The notes: a model not told the origin generated them from the sequence alone. A stretch of DNA of 64,000 nt from an uncultured Alphaproteobacteria bacterium (GCA_913041535.1 CAJWJK010000008.1:367-64366); one strand, 5' to 3'; shown: positions 46,322 through 57,036, counted from the first letter of the stretch. Numbers and translations are program-made.

Positions 46322-47476
46322 ATGAAGATTGAAGATATTCATGCCACCGTCGTAACCGTACCAACAATATTTCCATACGGTTTTTCTCAAGGCTGGTCGG
46401 ATGGCTTTACTCGTACATTAATCGAACTTAAAACGGATGAAGGATTGGTGGGGTTGGGCGAGGTCCCATACGCCAAGTCCTCCACCATGATTGTGGAGAA
46501 ATTTTTGCCACGCATTAAAGGATTAAGAGTTGAAGAGATCGAAACTGCGAGGCGACTCTGTGTTAAGGAGCATAATGATTTTGGTGGTTTAAAGGACACT
46601 ACTGAAGAAACAGCATTTGCAGCTATCGAAATGGCATTGTGGGATATTGCTGGTAAGAGATCTGGCCTGCCGGTGCATAGGGTCATAGGTGGTTCCGTTC
46701 GTGAAGCTGCTCCGTTTGTTGCTTATGGCTCAACAATAGTTCTTGAGTATGGAGACTATACTGAAGCAGACGTGCCATCCTTGATGGCAGAGTATGCAAA
46801 GGAATCAATTGAGCGCAGTGGAGCTTGGATGTATGAGTTCAAGATTGCTCGCTACTCGGTGGATTGTGATATCGAGAGCACACGCGCCATTCGTGCTGCA
46901 GTTGGACCTGACATTGAAATTGCGGTCGATATGAATATGGCCTATTCGATCGATGATTGCCGACGGTATTTGGACGCCACGAGAGACTGTAGGTTAGCCA
47001 ATCTGGAAGAGCCCGTTGCTCGGATTTCTGACCTGGAAAGATTACGCCGTGACTATGGAATCCCCATTTCAAGTCACTGTACGGACTTTGAGATGGTTGT
47101 TCATTATCCTTTGGTTGATAGCGTCGTGGGTGATCTTCATGTTCACGGTGGAATCCTCAAAACTTGTCGTGCGGCAGAGGTGGCGGCATCCCATAACAAA
47201 CGATTTTGGCTGCGATCGAGTCTTGAATTGGGTGTTTCTTGGGCGGCAATGTGCCATTTTGGTGTCGTATGCCGTGAAGCAGATCGGCCTGCACAGGCGC
47301 TTTTTGATTGGATAGAAGATGATTGTGTTTTAGGTGAACCTTGGCACGTTAAGAACGGCGGAGTCTCCCCACCTGAATCACCTGGATTGGGAGTACAGTT
47401 AGATGAAGAGGCCGTTGGAAAATATCACGAATACTACCTTGAGCATGGTGAACGGGGTTGGTATTCCAATCCATGA
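46322..47476 (+). CDS. enolase superfamily protein (mandelate racemase/muconate lactonizing enzyme family)
   Basis: AFAAIEMALWDIAGK and metal-ligand spacing (DMNMAY ... LEEP ...) are typical of the MR/MLE family. Confidence 0.78.
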   Translation: MKIEDIHATVVTVPTIFPYGFSQGWSDGFTRTLIELKTDEGLVGLGEVPYAKSSTMIVEKFLPRIKGLRVEEIETARRLCVKEHNDFGGLKDTTEETAFAAIEMALWDIAGKRSGLPVHRVIGGSVREAAPFVAYGSTIVLEYGDYTEADVPSLMAEYAKESIERSGAWMYEFKIARYSVDCDIESTRAIRAAVGPDIEIAVDMNMAYSIDDCRRYLDATRDCRLANLEEPVARISDLERLRRDYGIPISSHCTDFEMVVHYPLVDSVVGDLHVHGGILKTCRAAEVAASHNKRFWLRSSLELGVSWAAMCHFGVVCREADRPAQALFDWIEDDCVLGEPWHVKNGGVSPPESPGLGVQLDEEAVGKYHEYYLEHGERGWYSNP

Positions 47477-47815
47477 TGTCCTTCGGGTGATGTTGCTTGG
47501 AATCATTCTCACGGCTGACAAACTTTCCTTAATGTCTTCGAATTAAATGATATGGATGGCTTGCAGCTGAACGTCCATAGCTTTGCACTTGATAACTCAA
47601 TACGGTCTACTACCGAGGTCGGTAACAATCTGTGGCTTGTAACAACTAATTTGAGTCATCAGCGAGTTTACAAAATCTATTTCGTTCTGATTGGTCACTG
47701 TATTAGCAATGACATGATCGTACCGAGTTGATGGGGATACGGTATATAGATAATTGGGTGCTAGTCGGGCCGGCCAATTACATATGCCATGGTTAAGTCT
47801 AAAGTGGGGAGTAAT

Positions 47816-49048
47816 ATGAATTTAAGCGTTGATGGGGACCGTCTCTGGGATAGCCTTATGACGATGGCCAAAATTGGTGCTACCGCTAAGGGGGGGGTTT
47901 GTCGCTTAGCACTTACGGATCTTGATCGGCAGGCTCGTGATCTATTTATCGCTTGGTGTCGAAGCGTGGATTGTTCCATCACTATCGACCAATTTGGCAA
48001 TATTTTTGCTCGTCGAGAGGGCCGTGATTCAAGCAAGCCTCCTGTGTTAACCGGAAGCCATCTTGATAGCCAGCCGACGGGAGGGAAGTTTGATGGGGCT
48101 TACGGAGTTCTCGCTGGTTTAGAGGTTCTACGCACCCTAAACGATACAGGATATCGCACTGTTGCTCCAATTGAAGTTGCTGTTTGGACCAACGAGGAAG
48201 GCTCGCGCTTTTCACCTCCGATGATTGGTTCTGGAACATTCGCTGGCATTTTTGATCTTCAGTATGCTCGTGATCAAATAGATGAAGTCGGCATCACCCA
48301 AGGAGAAGCTCTAGATAGTATCGGTTATTCAGGAAGTGCGGCAGTGGGCGGGCGGTCCGTAGGTGCCTATTTTGAGGCGCACATAGAACAAGGTCCGATT
48401 CTTGAAAATGAGAACAAATTTGTTGGAGCTGTTAGTGGGGCGCAGGGCCAACGTTGGTATTTGGTGAAGGTTAATGGGGACGAAGCTCATGCGGGTACGA
48501 CACCGATGACTGCACGTAAAGATGCCTTGCATGCAGCTGCGCGAATGATTACGGAGGTCAATCGTATAGCTCTTGCACACTCTCCGTACGCAGTTGGTAC
48601 TGTTGGAAGACTGTATTCAAGCCCAAACTCACGAAATGTCATTCCTGGTTCAGCAGAACTTACCATTGACTTACGGCATCCAGAAGATGATCAACTAGAA
48701 ATCATGGATGCTGAATTGCGCGAGGCGCTAAAAGAAGTTGCCGATGATCTGGGTCTTCTGGTTGACGTAGAACAAGATTACTACGCTGAGCCTATTTCAT
48801 TCGATCAAACCTGTATTGGATTGGTTAGGTCAGCTGCTGAGAATTTTGGTTATTCCTACCGTGATATTGTGAGTGGGGCTGGCCATGATGCGGTAAATAT
48901 TGCTCGCATTGCACCGACAGGAATGATCTTTATTCCGTGTGAGGGCGGTATAAGCCATAACGAGCGGGAGAGTGCTACGCTAAAACACTTGGTGGCGGGT
49001 TGTAATGTATTGCTTTATGCCATGCTAGGCATGGCCGATTGTGATTAA
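47816..49048 (+). CDS. M20-family Zn amidohydrolase (allantoate/N-carbamoyl-amino-acid/beta-ureidopropionase type)
   Basis: GSHLDSQPTGGKFDGAYGV, WTNEEGSRF and HAGTTPM motifs. The ATG at 47816 follows GGGGAG, whereas the ORF track starts at 47789. Confidence 0.8.
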   Translation: MNLSVDGDRLWDSLMTMAKIGATAKGGVCRLALTDLDRQARDLFIAWCRSVDCSITIDQFGNIFARREGRDSSKPPVLTGSHLDSQPTGGKFDGAYGVLAGLEVLRTLNDTGYRTVAPIEVAVWTNEEGSRFSPPMIGSGTFAGIFDLQYARDQIDEVGITQGEALDSIGYSGSAAVGGRSVGAYFEAHIEQGPILENENKFVGAVSGAQGQRWYLVKVNGDEAHAGTTPMTARKDALHAAARMITEVNRIALAHSPYAVGTVGRLYSSPNSRNVIPGSAELTIDLRHPEDDQLEIMDAELREALKEVADDLGLLVDVEQDYYAEPISFDQTCIGLVRSAAENFGYSYRDIVSGAGHDAVNIARIAPTGMIFIPCEGGISHNERESATLKHLVAGCNVLLYAMLGMADCD

Positions 49049-50352
49049 TGCGTCAAGTTTTAGCACTAGTCTGTCTGCAGTTGGCATTAGGGCTTTGGTT
49101 GTTGTTTACAGGAAGAGTTGTTGCAACAGCTCAGGAGCTTTCTCAACTAGATATTCCCGAGTTTAGCGAGTCATTTTGGTTGGTAGATCGGGATGGTGTT
49201 TCTGAATTTCTGACCACTCAACCACCAGAATACCTGTACAGCGTTTCGCAAGGTGGTCAAATGTCATTTTATGCGCTTTTGGGAAAACTATTCTTTAGAT
49301 CACCATATACCTTTGGAGGAAATGCTGGATACTTGGGTCTTTCGTGCAACACTTGCCATATCAACGGGACCACAAATCCAAATTTCTACGTAGAGGGTCT
49401 GTCGAAACGACCGGGTGGAGTAGACATCAGTCACTCGTTTTGGAATCCTCGTGCAGATGATGGACGTGCCAATCCGCTAGATATTCCAACGTTACGCGGC
49501 ATTCGTGATACAGCTCCTTATGGTAGAGATGGAAGATTCGCGAGCATTCGAGAATTTACTCGCCAAGTAATTACAATTGAATTTGGAGGTGATGAACCAT
49601 CGGAATTAATGCTTGATGCTCTAGTGGCATATCAACTTGATCTCGCGCCCTTGCCCAATAGGCATCTGGACCATAGTGGCAATGTGGTGCCAGCGAATCG
49701 CAACCTTTCTGATGCGGAGAGTTTATTTGTCCGAGATTGTGCTCGTTGCCATGTGCCTGGTAACTACTATTTAGATGGGCATTCCCATAATGTTGGTACT
49801 GGCGGGTATTTTGATACTCCAACATTATTGGGTCTCGAGGAGTCATCACCGTACTTTCATGATGGTAGAGCCTCTAATCTTTCCGAGGTTGTTGGCCACT
49901 TTGATGAGGTATCAGATACCGATTATAAAACTGATCAGCAAAGATTAATGCTAACTTATCTTAGTTTGGTAGGTTCCGTCGATTTTGAACGAGAACGCAT
50001 AAGCACCTCTGTGAGAGTTGATGAACTCCAGGCTTTTGCATCATTACTATTTGAGCCGATAAAGGCAGAGGATACAGCGCTTATCGATTTGATTGTTGAT
50101 ATGCTGCGGCTAGAATTGAAAAAACTACATGAACGTTTCCCCGCGCGAGAGCACGTGGCTGCGCGAGAATCCATTGTTTTGTCGGCGGATAGGTTGCGTA
50201 GTATCGCCCGTGAAGCCGAATTAGGTGCCTACAGTTCCGCTAAGACCATGTTAATTGATTGGTTACGGCAAGTTGATATGATGCGGTCTTTAGTTGAGCA
50301 ATACGATGACACATCTCTATTTAATCCGGACATACTGGGATCGGGTGGCTGA
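49048..50352 (+). CDS. secreted di-haem cytochrome c peroxidase/MauG-family protein with a C-terminal extension
   Basis: N-terminal signal peptide and two CxxCH sites (CNTCH, CARCH). Both family signatures, APYGRDGRF and SPYFHDGRASNLSEVV, are present, followed by ~130 extra helical residues. Confidence 0.7.
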   Translation: MRQVLALVCLQLALGLWLLFTGRVVATAQELSQLDIPEFSESFWLVDRDGVSEFLTTQPPEYLYSVSQGGQMSFYALLGKLFFRSPYTFGGNAGYLGLSCNTCHINGTTNPNFYVEGLSKRPGGVDISHSFWNPRADDGRANPLDIPTLRGIRDTAPYGRDGRFASIREFTRQVITIEFGGDEPSELMLDALVAYQLDLAPLPNRHLDHSGNVVPANRNLSDAESLFVRDCARCHVPGNYYLDGHSHNVGTGGYFDTPTLLGLEESSPYFHDGRASNLSEVVGHFDEVSDTDYKTDQQRLMLTYLSLVGSVDFERERISTSVRVDELQAFASLLFEPIKAEDTALIDLIVDMLRLELKKLHERFPAREHVAARESIVLSADRLRSIAREAELGAYSSAKTMLIDWLRQVDMMRSLVEQYDDTSLFNPDILGSGG

Positions 50353-50415
50353 CCTAATCCTAATAGGTGTTCTAGAATAACCTGTTTTTAACTACGTCTT
50401 GATGAGGAGGGAAAG

Positions 50416-50796
50416 ATGCCTGGCCAACCAATTATTCCAAAAGGTGCGGCGCCTCCGCTTGCTCCATACTCTCCAGGAACTCGTGCTGGCGATATAGTTT
50501 ATACGGCTGGCACGGTGCCGATTGACGCGGATGGTAATGTCGTTGGAGTGGGGGATATTTGTACGCAGACTCGGCATGTTCTTGAAACCATTAAAGCCAT
50601 TGTGGAGGAGGCAGGAGGAACGCTTTCTGATGTGGTATTCAACCAAATTTTTCTTAAGGATTACTCCGATTATTCGAACATGAATGAGGTCTACAAAGAA
50701 TATTTTTCCACCAATCCACCGGCTCGTTATTGTATTCGTGCCGACCTGGTTAAGCCTGAGTTTCTTGTTGAAATCGCATCAATTGCTCATCTATAG
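50416..50796 (+). CDS. RidA/YjgF family protein
   Basis: 126 aa with [10 protein letters not shown]...GDIVYTAG and PARYCI...VEIASIA motifs. Confidence 0.85.
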   Translation: MPGQPIIPKGAAPPLAPYSPGTRAGDIVYTAGTVPIDADGNVVGVGDICTQTRHVLETIKAIVEEAGGTLSDVVFNQIFLKDYSDYSNMNEVYKEYFSTNPPARYCIRADLVKPEFLVEIASIAHL

Positions 50797-50812
50797 CGAT
50801 AGCGTTGATCTG

Positions 50813-52321
50813 CTAGAATGATGCTTTATTGACAAGAAAATGAATCCCGATGCTGGCGGCGTAACCTAAAGCAATCGCCCAGCTCCATTTCAAATGGCTT
50901 AGAAAAGTATAAGTCCCTCTAGCTTGCCCCATCACGGCGACACCAGCAGCAGACCCTATCGATAGTAATGAGCCGCCCACACCAGCTGTGAGAGTGACAA
51001 GAAGCCACTGGCCGTGGCTCATTTCGGGAAGAACGGCAAGGACGGCAAACATTACAGGAATATTATCGATTAGAGCTGATAAAACTCCGACTAGGATGTT
51101 GGTGTGTGTAGGACCAAGGTTCCCGTACAATAATTCTGATCCTAAATGAAGGTATCCTAGGGACCCAAGTCCTCCAACACACAAAATGATCCCATAGAAA
51201 AACATTAAAGTGTCCCACTCGGCACGTTCAAGCGCCTTGAAGATGTTGAATGAATAATTCGTTGTATCACTTGGGGTTATCTGGTCGAGTTCAAGTGCGC
51301 TTTCACCTAGACCATTCTCTTCGGGGGGTGGAAAAAAATCATCACGGCGTTTCAGGTAGTAGCCATAAAGTTTCAGCAGGCCTAGCCCGGTCATCATGCC
51401 AATCACGGGTGGAAGGTGAAGAAAGTTGTGTGATGCTATGGCCATCGCAACTGTCAAAACAAATAGACCAACTACTACTAGGGCACCATGCTGTAATTGA
51501 GCATCTTCATCTAATTTATTGGGTATACCACGAGGAATCACGGTGCTCATTATGATGGCAGGTATGAGCCAATTCGCGACCGCGGGGAGAAATAGTGCGA
51601 AAAATTCTCCAAATTCTACGATGCCCTTTTGCCATACCATCAGAGTTGTAATGTCGCCAAAAGGGCTGAAAACGCCGCCGGCGTTTGCTGCTACCACGAC
51701 GTGAACACATGCTGTTGCTATGAAGTGCTTTTTTGTTCCACCTATTGCAACAACGATCGTTGCCATAAGAAGCGCACTTGTTAGGTTGTCAGCGATAGGG
51801 GATAGGACGAAGGCAATTCCGCCAGTTAACCAGAATATTTTTCGGTATGAAAAGCCTTGGCCAACCAGCCACGATCGTATGACATCAAAGACACCACGTT
51901 CATCCATGGAATTTATATATGTCATGGCGGCGAGCAGGAAGAGGAATAGCTCAGCAAATTCGAGGAGATTGTGTCGGACTGCCTCTTTTGCTGAACTCGT
52001 ATCACCATTGGAAACGAACGCAATAGCAACCAATGCCCAAATTATACCAGCTGCTACCATCACCGGTTTGGATTTGCGTAAATGCAATGTTTCTTCGCTA
52101 ATTACGAGAGAATACGCAAGGACAAAGATGATGATGCAAATAATACCGATCCAGTGATCGGTATAGTCAGGGTGAGTACCTAGCTCTGAGGCGCTGGTTG
52201 CGAAAGGCCATAGAATCAGGCCTATACCCAATGCTATTGCTATCAAGATAGAAGCTGTACAGTTTATAAAACTTCTTGATGGTGTTTTCGAACCTGTATT
52301 ATTGGTTAATATTACTGTCAC
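50813..52321 (-). CDS. nhaD: NhaD/ArsB-family Na+/H+ antiporter
   Basis: 502 aa and polytopic, with an overall pattern resembling NhaD-type antiporters. Confidence 0.65.
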   Translation of the reverse strand: MTVILTNNTGSKTPSRSFINCTASILIAIALGIGLILWPFATSASELGTHPDYTDHWIGIICIIIFVLAYSLVISEETLHLRKSKPVMVAAGIIWALVAIAFVSNGDTSSAKEAVRHNLLEFAELFLFLLAAMTYINSMDERGVFDVIRSWLVGQGFSYRKIFWLTGGIAFVLSPIADNLTSALLMATIVVAIGGTKKHFIATACVHVVVAANAGGVFSPFGDITTLMVWQKGIVEFGEFFALFLPAVANWLIPAIIMSTVIPRGIPNKLDEDAQLQHGALVVVGLFVLTVAMAIASHNFLHLPPVIGMMTGLGLLKLYGYYLKRRDDFFPPPEENGLGESALELDQITPSDTTNYSFNIFKALERAEWDTLMFFYGIILCVGGLGSLGYLHLGSELLYGNLGPTHTNILVGVLSALIDNIPVMFAVLAVLPEMSHGQWLLVTLTAGVGGSLLSIGSAAGVAVMGQARGTYTFLSHLKWSWAIALGYAASIGIHFLVNKASF

Positions 52322-52371
52322 GGTCCTACCTGAGAAGAAAACAGCCTAGAGTTTAAGACTGTAACACGATA

Positions 52372-53364
52372 CTACGACGTAGTGGGTTCCTTGAGAGCAT
52401 CCGCAAACACATTTGTGTCAACGTTGCCTCCAGACAGCACTACTACGACTGTCTTGTCCTGGACCTTATACTGGCCGTCAAGAAGTGCTCCTAGGGCTAT
52501 TGCGCCACCCGGTTCGACGACGAGGTTTAAATATTGGAAAGCCGCGGCCATAGCACGTTTCGTGGCTGTGTCTTTCACAGTTATACTTCCTGCGAGTCTA
52601 TCCTTGTTGATTGCAAAGGTCAGGGAGCCAGGTGTTGGTGCTAGCAGAGCGTCACATATACTTCCAGTAACTTCTGAATTGCGCTCACGGTTGCCTGTCT
52701 CGAGTGATCTTCTGGTATCGTCGAAACCTTCGGGCTCGACTGCAAAAACCAATAGTTTAGGCCATTGATCTTGTAGTGCTATTGAGGCACCTGAAACAAG
52801 TCCTCCTCCACCGCATGGACAGAGAACAGCATCTGGTACTACGCCCATGGACCCTGTTTGTTCGATGATTTCTAGTCCGACAGTTCCTTGTCCTGCAATT
52901 ATATCAAATTCATCAAAGGGTCGTACGAGAATTGATCCACGCTCCTCCGTCAAGTCGGCAGCAAATTTTTCTCGAAGGTCGTCATCTCTTTCAATTAAGA
53001 TAACATCTGCCCCATAGTTGCGGGTCGCTGAGATTTTGCTCTGGGGTGCATCCTCTGGCATAACGATCGTTGATGAAACTTGGGTTAAGCTTGCGGCGAG
53101 AGCAACACCTTGCGCATGGTTTCCGGAAGAAAATGCTACCACCCCGGCAAGTCGCTCAGCTTCACTCAGTTGGCAGATTCTATTTAGCGCCCCTCGAAAT
53201 TTAAAGGAACCGGTCTTCTGTAGTGATTCAGCTTTAAATAATATCCGCCCACCAAGTACCTCGTTTAAAGCCACCGACTCTACAAGTGGAGTACGGACGA
53301 TGTGTCCTGTTAGTCGGCTTGCAGCTGAACGAATGTCATGTACTGTTGGAGTTAGTGACATCAA
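52372..53364 (-). CDS. PLP-dependent threonine/serine dehydratase family (no ACT domain)
   Basis: QKTGSFKFRGA PLP-lysine motif, a GNHAQG and GGGGL glycine loop; 330 aa. Confidence 0.78.
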   Translation of the reverse strand: MMSLTPTVHDIRSAASRLTGHIVRTPLVESVALNEVLGGRILFKAESLQKTGSFKFRGALNRICQLSEAERLAGVVAFSSGNHAQGVALAASLTQVSSTIVMPEDAPQSKISATRNYGADVILIERDDDLREKFAADLTEERGSILVRPFDEFDIIAGQGTVGLEIIEQTGSMGVVPDAVLCPCGGGGLVSGASIALQDQWPKLLVFAVEPEGFDDTRRSLETGNRERNSEVTGSICDALLAPTPGSLTFAINKDRLAGSITVKDTATKRAMAAAFQYLNLVVEPGGAIALGALLDGQYKVQDKTVVVVLSGGNVDTNVFADALKEPTTS

Positions 53365-53755
53365 GCACCTTTATTGAAATGTATGTGTCTCATCACTCTG
53401 GTCGGCCTCTAATTCTGGGTTAAATGATGTTCTCATTTTGGGAAGGACGGTCATATGGCGCCTCCCCGTAAAAACACTATTACCAAATACAGAAACGTTA
53501 CCCATATGTAACAAAACTTGACGGTTTACTGTAGAGGTAAATACGAAAAATATCTGATACTTAAAAATGGTGTCCATAGAGCGGATCTCTATACGCTAAT
53601 CATTGTACAAAATTCTTGATAATTGAAGTTAACATTGTTGATCGTATTACTGTTCATCGATTGAACCGCAATCTGTCCCATAAGCGCAAACTTGCCCCTT
53701 ACGACACTCGGAGGCTATGATTCCCCTGGTAGCGTAATTAATAAGGGCCTCGGGG

Positions 53756-54631
53756 ATGTTTAAAGGATCATTTACTGCACTCATCACTCCCTTCAATAAT
53801 GGAAAGGTGGATGAGGATGCATTCCAAAGCTTTGTGGAATGGCAGATACAAGAGGGGTCACACGGTGTCGTGCCCTGTGGAACTACTGGAGAATCGCCGA
53901 CATTAAATCATGATGAGCATAAACGTATTACAGAACTGTGTGTAGAAGTGGTTAATGGTCGTGTTCCTGTAATTGCAGGGACTGGGTCGAACTCCACCGA
54001 GGAAGCTATTTCATTGTCCCATCATGCAAAGAAGGTTGGCGCCGATGCAGCTCTTCATGTGACACCCTACTACAATAAGCCTACTCAGGAAGGACTCTAC
54101 CAACACTACAGGGCAATACATGATGCTGTTGATATTCCGATTATTATTTACAATATTCCCGGGCGTAGCGTTGTGAATATGTCTTCCGAAACAATGTCGA
54201 GGCTTGCGACAATGCCTGGTATAGTGGGCGTGAAAGACGCTACAGCTGATATTGGGCGCGTTAGCTCGACCCGTCTGCAGCTTGGCAGGGAATTTTGTCA
54301 ATTATCTGGGGAGGACGCGACTGCGCTTGCTCTAATGGCGCATGGTGGGCACGGTTGCATCTCGGTAACGGCCAACGTGGCTCCGCGGATGTGTTCTGAG
54401 TTTCAATCAGCTTGTCTGAAAAGAGATTTTGATTCGGCATTGATCTACCAAGATCGTTTAATGCCATTACATTCTGCTTTGTTTCTTGAAACCAGTCCGG
54501 CCCCTATTAAATACGCTTTAAGTTTGCTTGGTAAGTGCACTCCTAATTTGAGATTGCCTTTGGTGGAAGTGAATAAAAGTACAAAGGTTGAGGTGGAGGC
54601 TGCCATGAAAACCGCTGGTCTTTTGAATTAA
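53756..54631 (+). CDS. dapA: 4-hydroxy-tetrahydrodipicolinate synthase
   Basis: ALITPF, GTTGES, TPYYNKP and IIYNIPGRS motifs. Confidence 0.92.
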   Translation: MFKGSFTALITPFNNGKVDEDAFQSFVEWQIQEGSHGVVPCGTTGESPTLNHDEHKRITELCVEVVNGRVPVIAGTGSNSTEEAISLSHHAKKVGADAALHVTPYYNKPTQEGLYQHYRAIHDAVDIPIIIYNIPGRSVVNMSSETMSRLATMPGIVGVKDATADIGRVSSTRLQLGREFCQLSGEDATALALMAHGGHGCISVTANVAPRMCSEFQSACLKRDFDSALIYQDRLMPLHSALFLETSPAPIKYALSLLGKCTPNLRLPLVEVNKSTKVEVEAAMKTAGLLN

Positions 54632-54632
54632 A

Positions 54633-55103
54633 GTGGGGCAGGAGACTCACTCTAAGCGTTTGGTGACGGTTAATCGAAAAGCACGACACGAATATGTCAT
54701 CGAAGATCGACTAGAGGCGGGTCTCGTATTGGTAGGGACAGAAGTAAAAAGCTTGCGCAATGGATCTGGTGATATAGCTGATTCTTATGCCGCTGTGCGT
54801 GAAGGTACAATGCAGCTCTTGAATGCTTACATTCCAGAGTATTTTGCGGCAAATAGGTTTAATCATGATCCGCGGCGGCCTCGCAAGCTTTTGTTACACA
54901 GACGAGAGATCGTACGACTAAGTGTTGCTGTGGGTCGCAAGGGTGTAACGCTGGTTCCTCTTTCGATATATTTTAACGAACGCGGACGAGCCAAAGTTGA
55001 ACTCGGACTTGCTCGGGGGAAGCAGTTACACGATAAACGGGCAATGGAGAAAGATCGTAGTTGGGCACGTGATAAGGCAAGAATCATGCGTGAAGGAAGT
55101 TAG
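54633..55103 (+). CDS. smpB: SsrA-binding protein
   Basis: [27 protein letters not shown] motif; 156 aa with a GTG start. Confidence 0.9.
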   Translation: MGQETHSKRLVTVNRKARHEYVIEDRLEAGLVLVGTEVKSLRNGSGDIADSYAAVREGTMQLLNAYIPEYFAANRFNHDPRRPRKLLLHRREIVRLSVAVGRKGVTLVPLSIYFNERGRAKVELGLARGKQLHDKRAMEKDRSWARDKARIMREGS

Positions 55104-55819
55104 TGCTGGTCAGCTAATGTTTTTACCATGGCAATTACTTTGTTGAACATGTTGTTTGTCAGACGTCCAGTGTTCGTATTATAGCGAGAACAGTGGTAGC
55201 TGTCTGCTAGGGTAATTCCGTTAGGTAGATGATGAAGCGCACCGTGGGAGAAGGGATAAGTAGATGATGAGGCATCTACAGCAGCAAGCACGCTACGATG
55301 AGCGATGGTTCCTAGAGCAAGAATCACTCTTAAACGGAAAAGAGATCTGATCTCACGTTCTAAGAAAGATCGACACGTATTGATCTCTAGAGCGTTAGGA
55401 CGGTTTTTTGGGGGCACGCATCTAACAGCATTAGTTATACGGCAGTTAGTAAGCGTGAGACCGTCATCTATCCGTTTGTCGTAGTGCCCTTTGGTAAATC
55501 CGTGCCGTTGCAATGTTTGATAGAGGAGGTCGCCTGCAAAGTCACCCGTAAATGGTCGGCCCGTTCTATTGGCCCCAGCCATGCCCGGAGCTAGGCCCAC
55601 AATTAGAAGTGCTGCACTGGGACTGCCAAACGCTGCAACGGGTGCATTGTGCCAGCTAGGTTCGGCGGTTTTATTGGCTAGCCTATACTCAAAAAGACGC
55701 GGGCAAAGGTCACATGTGTTAGGAGGCTCTATCATTTTAACCGTATCTAATGACCGGAATTTTTCGTGACAACGGACTATACTACAATCGAAATCATGTA
55801 ATGACTGCAACAATTCCAA
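55100..55819 (-). CDS. uracil-DNA glycosylase superfamily protein (family 5/UdgB-like motif)
   Basis: The [19 protein letters not shown] motif resembles the family-5 [12 protein letters not shown] motif. It has a TTG start. Confidence 0.72.
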   Translation of the reverse strand: MELLQSLHDFDCSIVRCHEKFRSLDTVKMIEPPNTCDLCPRLFEYRLANKTAEPSWHNAPVAAFGSPSAALLIVGLAPGMAGANRTGRPFTGDFAGDLLYQTLQRHGFTKGHYDKRIDDGLTLTNCRITNAVRCVPPKNRPNALEINTCRSFLEREIRSLFRLRVILALGTIAHRSVLAAVDASSSTYPFSHGALHHLPNGITLADSYHCSRYNTNTGRLTNNMFNKVIAMVKTLADQH

Positions 55820-55979
55820 GTCTTCAATAAGTTTTTAGAGAAATGGTAGGCTAGTAGAGGAAGTATCGCTTGCCATTATGATACTCGTTAATTGGGACAT
55901 GGCTCGTGTTGACGATAAAGTGGGAAGTCAAAGTTAAGGTCGTATTCGTAATAATTGTGTTTCCGATAGCTCATGGGGA

Positions 55980-56489
55980 TTGGATAAAGTGATTTTAGTT
56001 GGGCTAGGTTCAAATCTATCGCATTCAACGCACGGCTCGCCGCACCAGGTCTTGGAGGAGGCGTTAGTTGCTCTAGAGTCTGAGGGTGTGCAAATAATTC
56101 GTTGTTCGCGGTGGCACCTCAGTGAGCCAATACCGCAGTCTGATCAACCATGGTTTGTCAATGGTGTTATCGCACTCATGACTGATCTTTTGCCAGATCA
56201 ATTGTTACTGCGTTTGCATTATGTAGAAACTTGTTTTGGAAGAATAAGGAATATTCAAGGAGAGGCTCGTATTCTGGATCTAGATTTATTGGCTTATGGT
56301 GATACGGTCCGCGACGACGATACACTTATGCTACCTCACCCAAGGCTATCGGAACGCGCATTTGTTTTGTTGCCATTGCGGGAAGTAGCACCAAATTGGC
56401 GACACCCTATATCTGGATTTACGGTACAAGAACTAATTACCAGGTTACCCACAATGCAGGTTGCTCGGCCATTTCTTAGCTTTGATTAA
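55980..56489 (+). CDS. folK: 2-amino-4-hydroxy-6-hydroxymethyldihydropteridine diphosphokinase
   Basis: ILVGLGSNL, LDLDLL and LPHPRLSERAFVLLPL motifs. The start is TTG at 55980 or GTG at 55989. Confidence 0.85.
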   Translation: MDKVILVGLGSNLSHSTHGSPHQVLEEALVALESEGVQIIRCSRWHLSEPIPQSDQPWFVNGVIALMTDLLPDQLLLRLHYVETCFGRIRNIQGEARILDLDLLAYGDTVRDDDTLMLPHPRLSERAFVLLPLREVAPNWRHPISGFTVQELITRLPTMQVARPFLSFD

Positions 56490-56586
56490 AGTAGAATAGA
56501 TACCGTTAGTTTTCCACGCCCACTTGCGCGCTGGTGTCTGTTTGCCTATCTTGCCACTTCCTAGGGCTGTAAGCGGAGAAGGTGTG

Positions 56587-57036
56587 ATGGCACGCATTAC
56601 CGTTGAGGATTGCATTCTCGAGGTTCCTAATAGGTTCGACCTTGTTCTTCTTGCTTCGCATCGTGCGCGAGGCATTGCCTCTGGTGAGGCATTAACTGTT
56701 GAACGTGACAATGACAAAAACACCGTGGTTGCGTTGCGGGAAATTGCTGACAAAACTATGGACAAAGAGGAATTAGCGGAGTCTTTATTGCGGGGAATGC
56801 AACGGCATGTTGAGCCAGATGAGCCAGAAGAAGATGAAATGGCATTGCTAATGGCCAGCGAGCAGTGGAGCGAGATCGCGCGTGCTGACGCTGATGCTGC
56901 ACGATCAGCGGCAGAGGATAGAGATGACCGACGGTCCAGCGAGGTCGATTCTGGTGAATCTTCGAAGACGTTGAAGTTCCGAAATAGCGATCTTTCAAGA
57001 TCGGCGAGCGGTAGTGGGGATAAGCAAGACGGATAG
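56587..57036 (+). CDS. rpoZ: DNA-directed RNA polymerase subunit omega with a long acidic/Ser-rich tail
   Basis: [10 protein letters not shown]...[14 protein letters not shown] core. It lies immediately upstream of spoT. Confidence 0.88.
   Translation: MARITVEDCILEVPNRFDLVLLASHRARGIASGEALTVERDNDKNTVVALREIADKTMDKEELAESLLRGMQRHVEPDEPEEDEMALLMASEQWSEIARADADAARSAAEDRDDRRSSEVDSGESSKTLKFRNSDLSRSASGSGDKQDG

Noticed and set aside
53365-55979. Search for tmRNA (ssrA, possibly the two-piece alphaproteobacterial form) next to smpB.
   Set aside because: The spacers flanking dapA-smpB-udg contain no tRNA-like acceptor/T-arm with a CCA end and no plausible tag-peptide reading frame. ssrA is presumably elsewhere.
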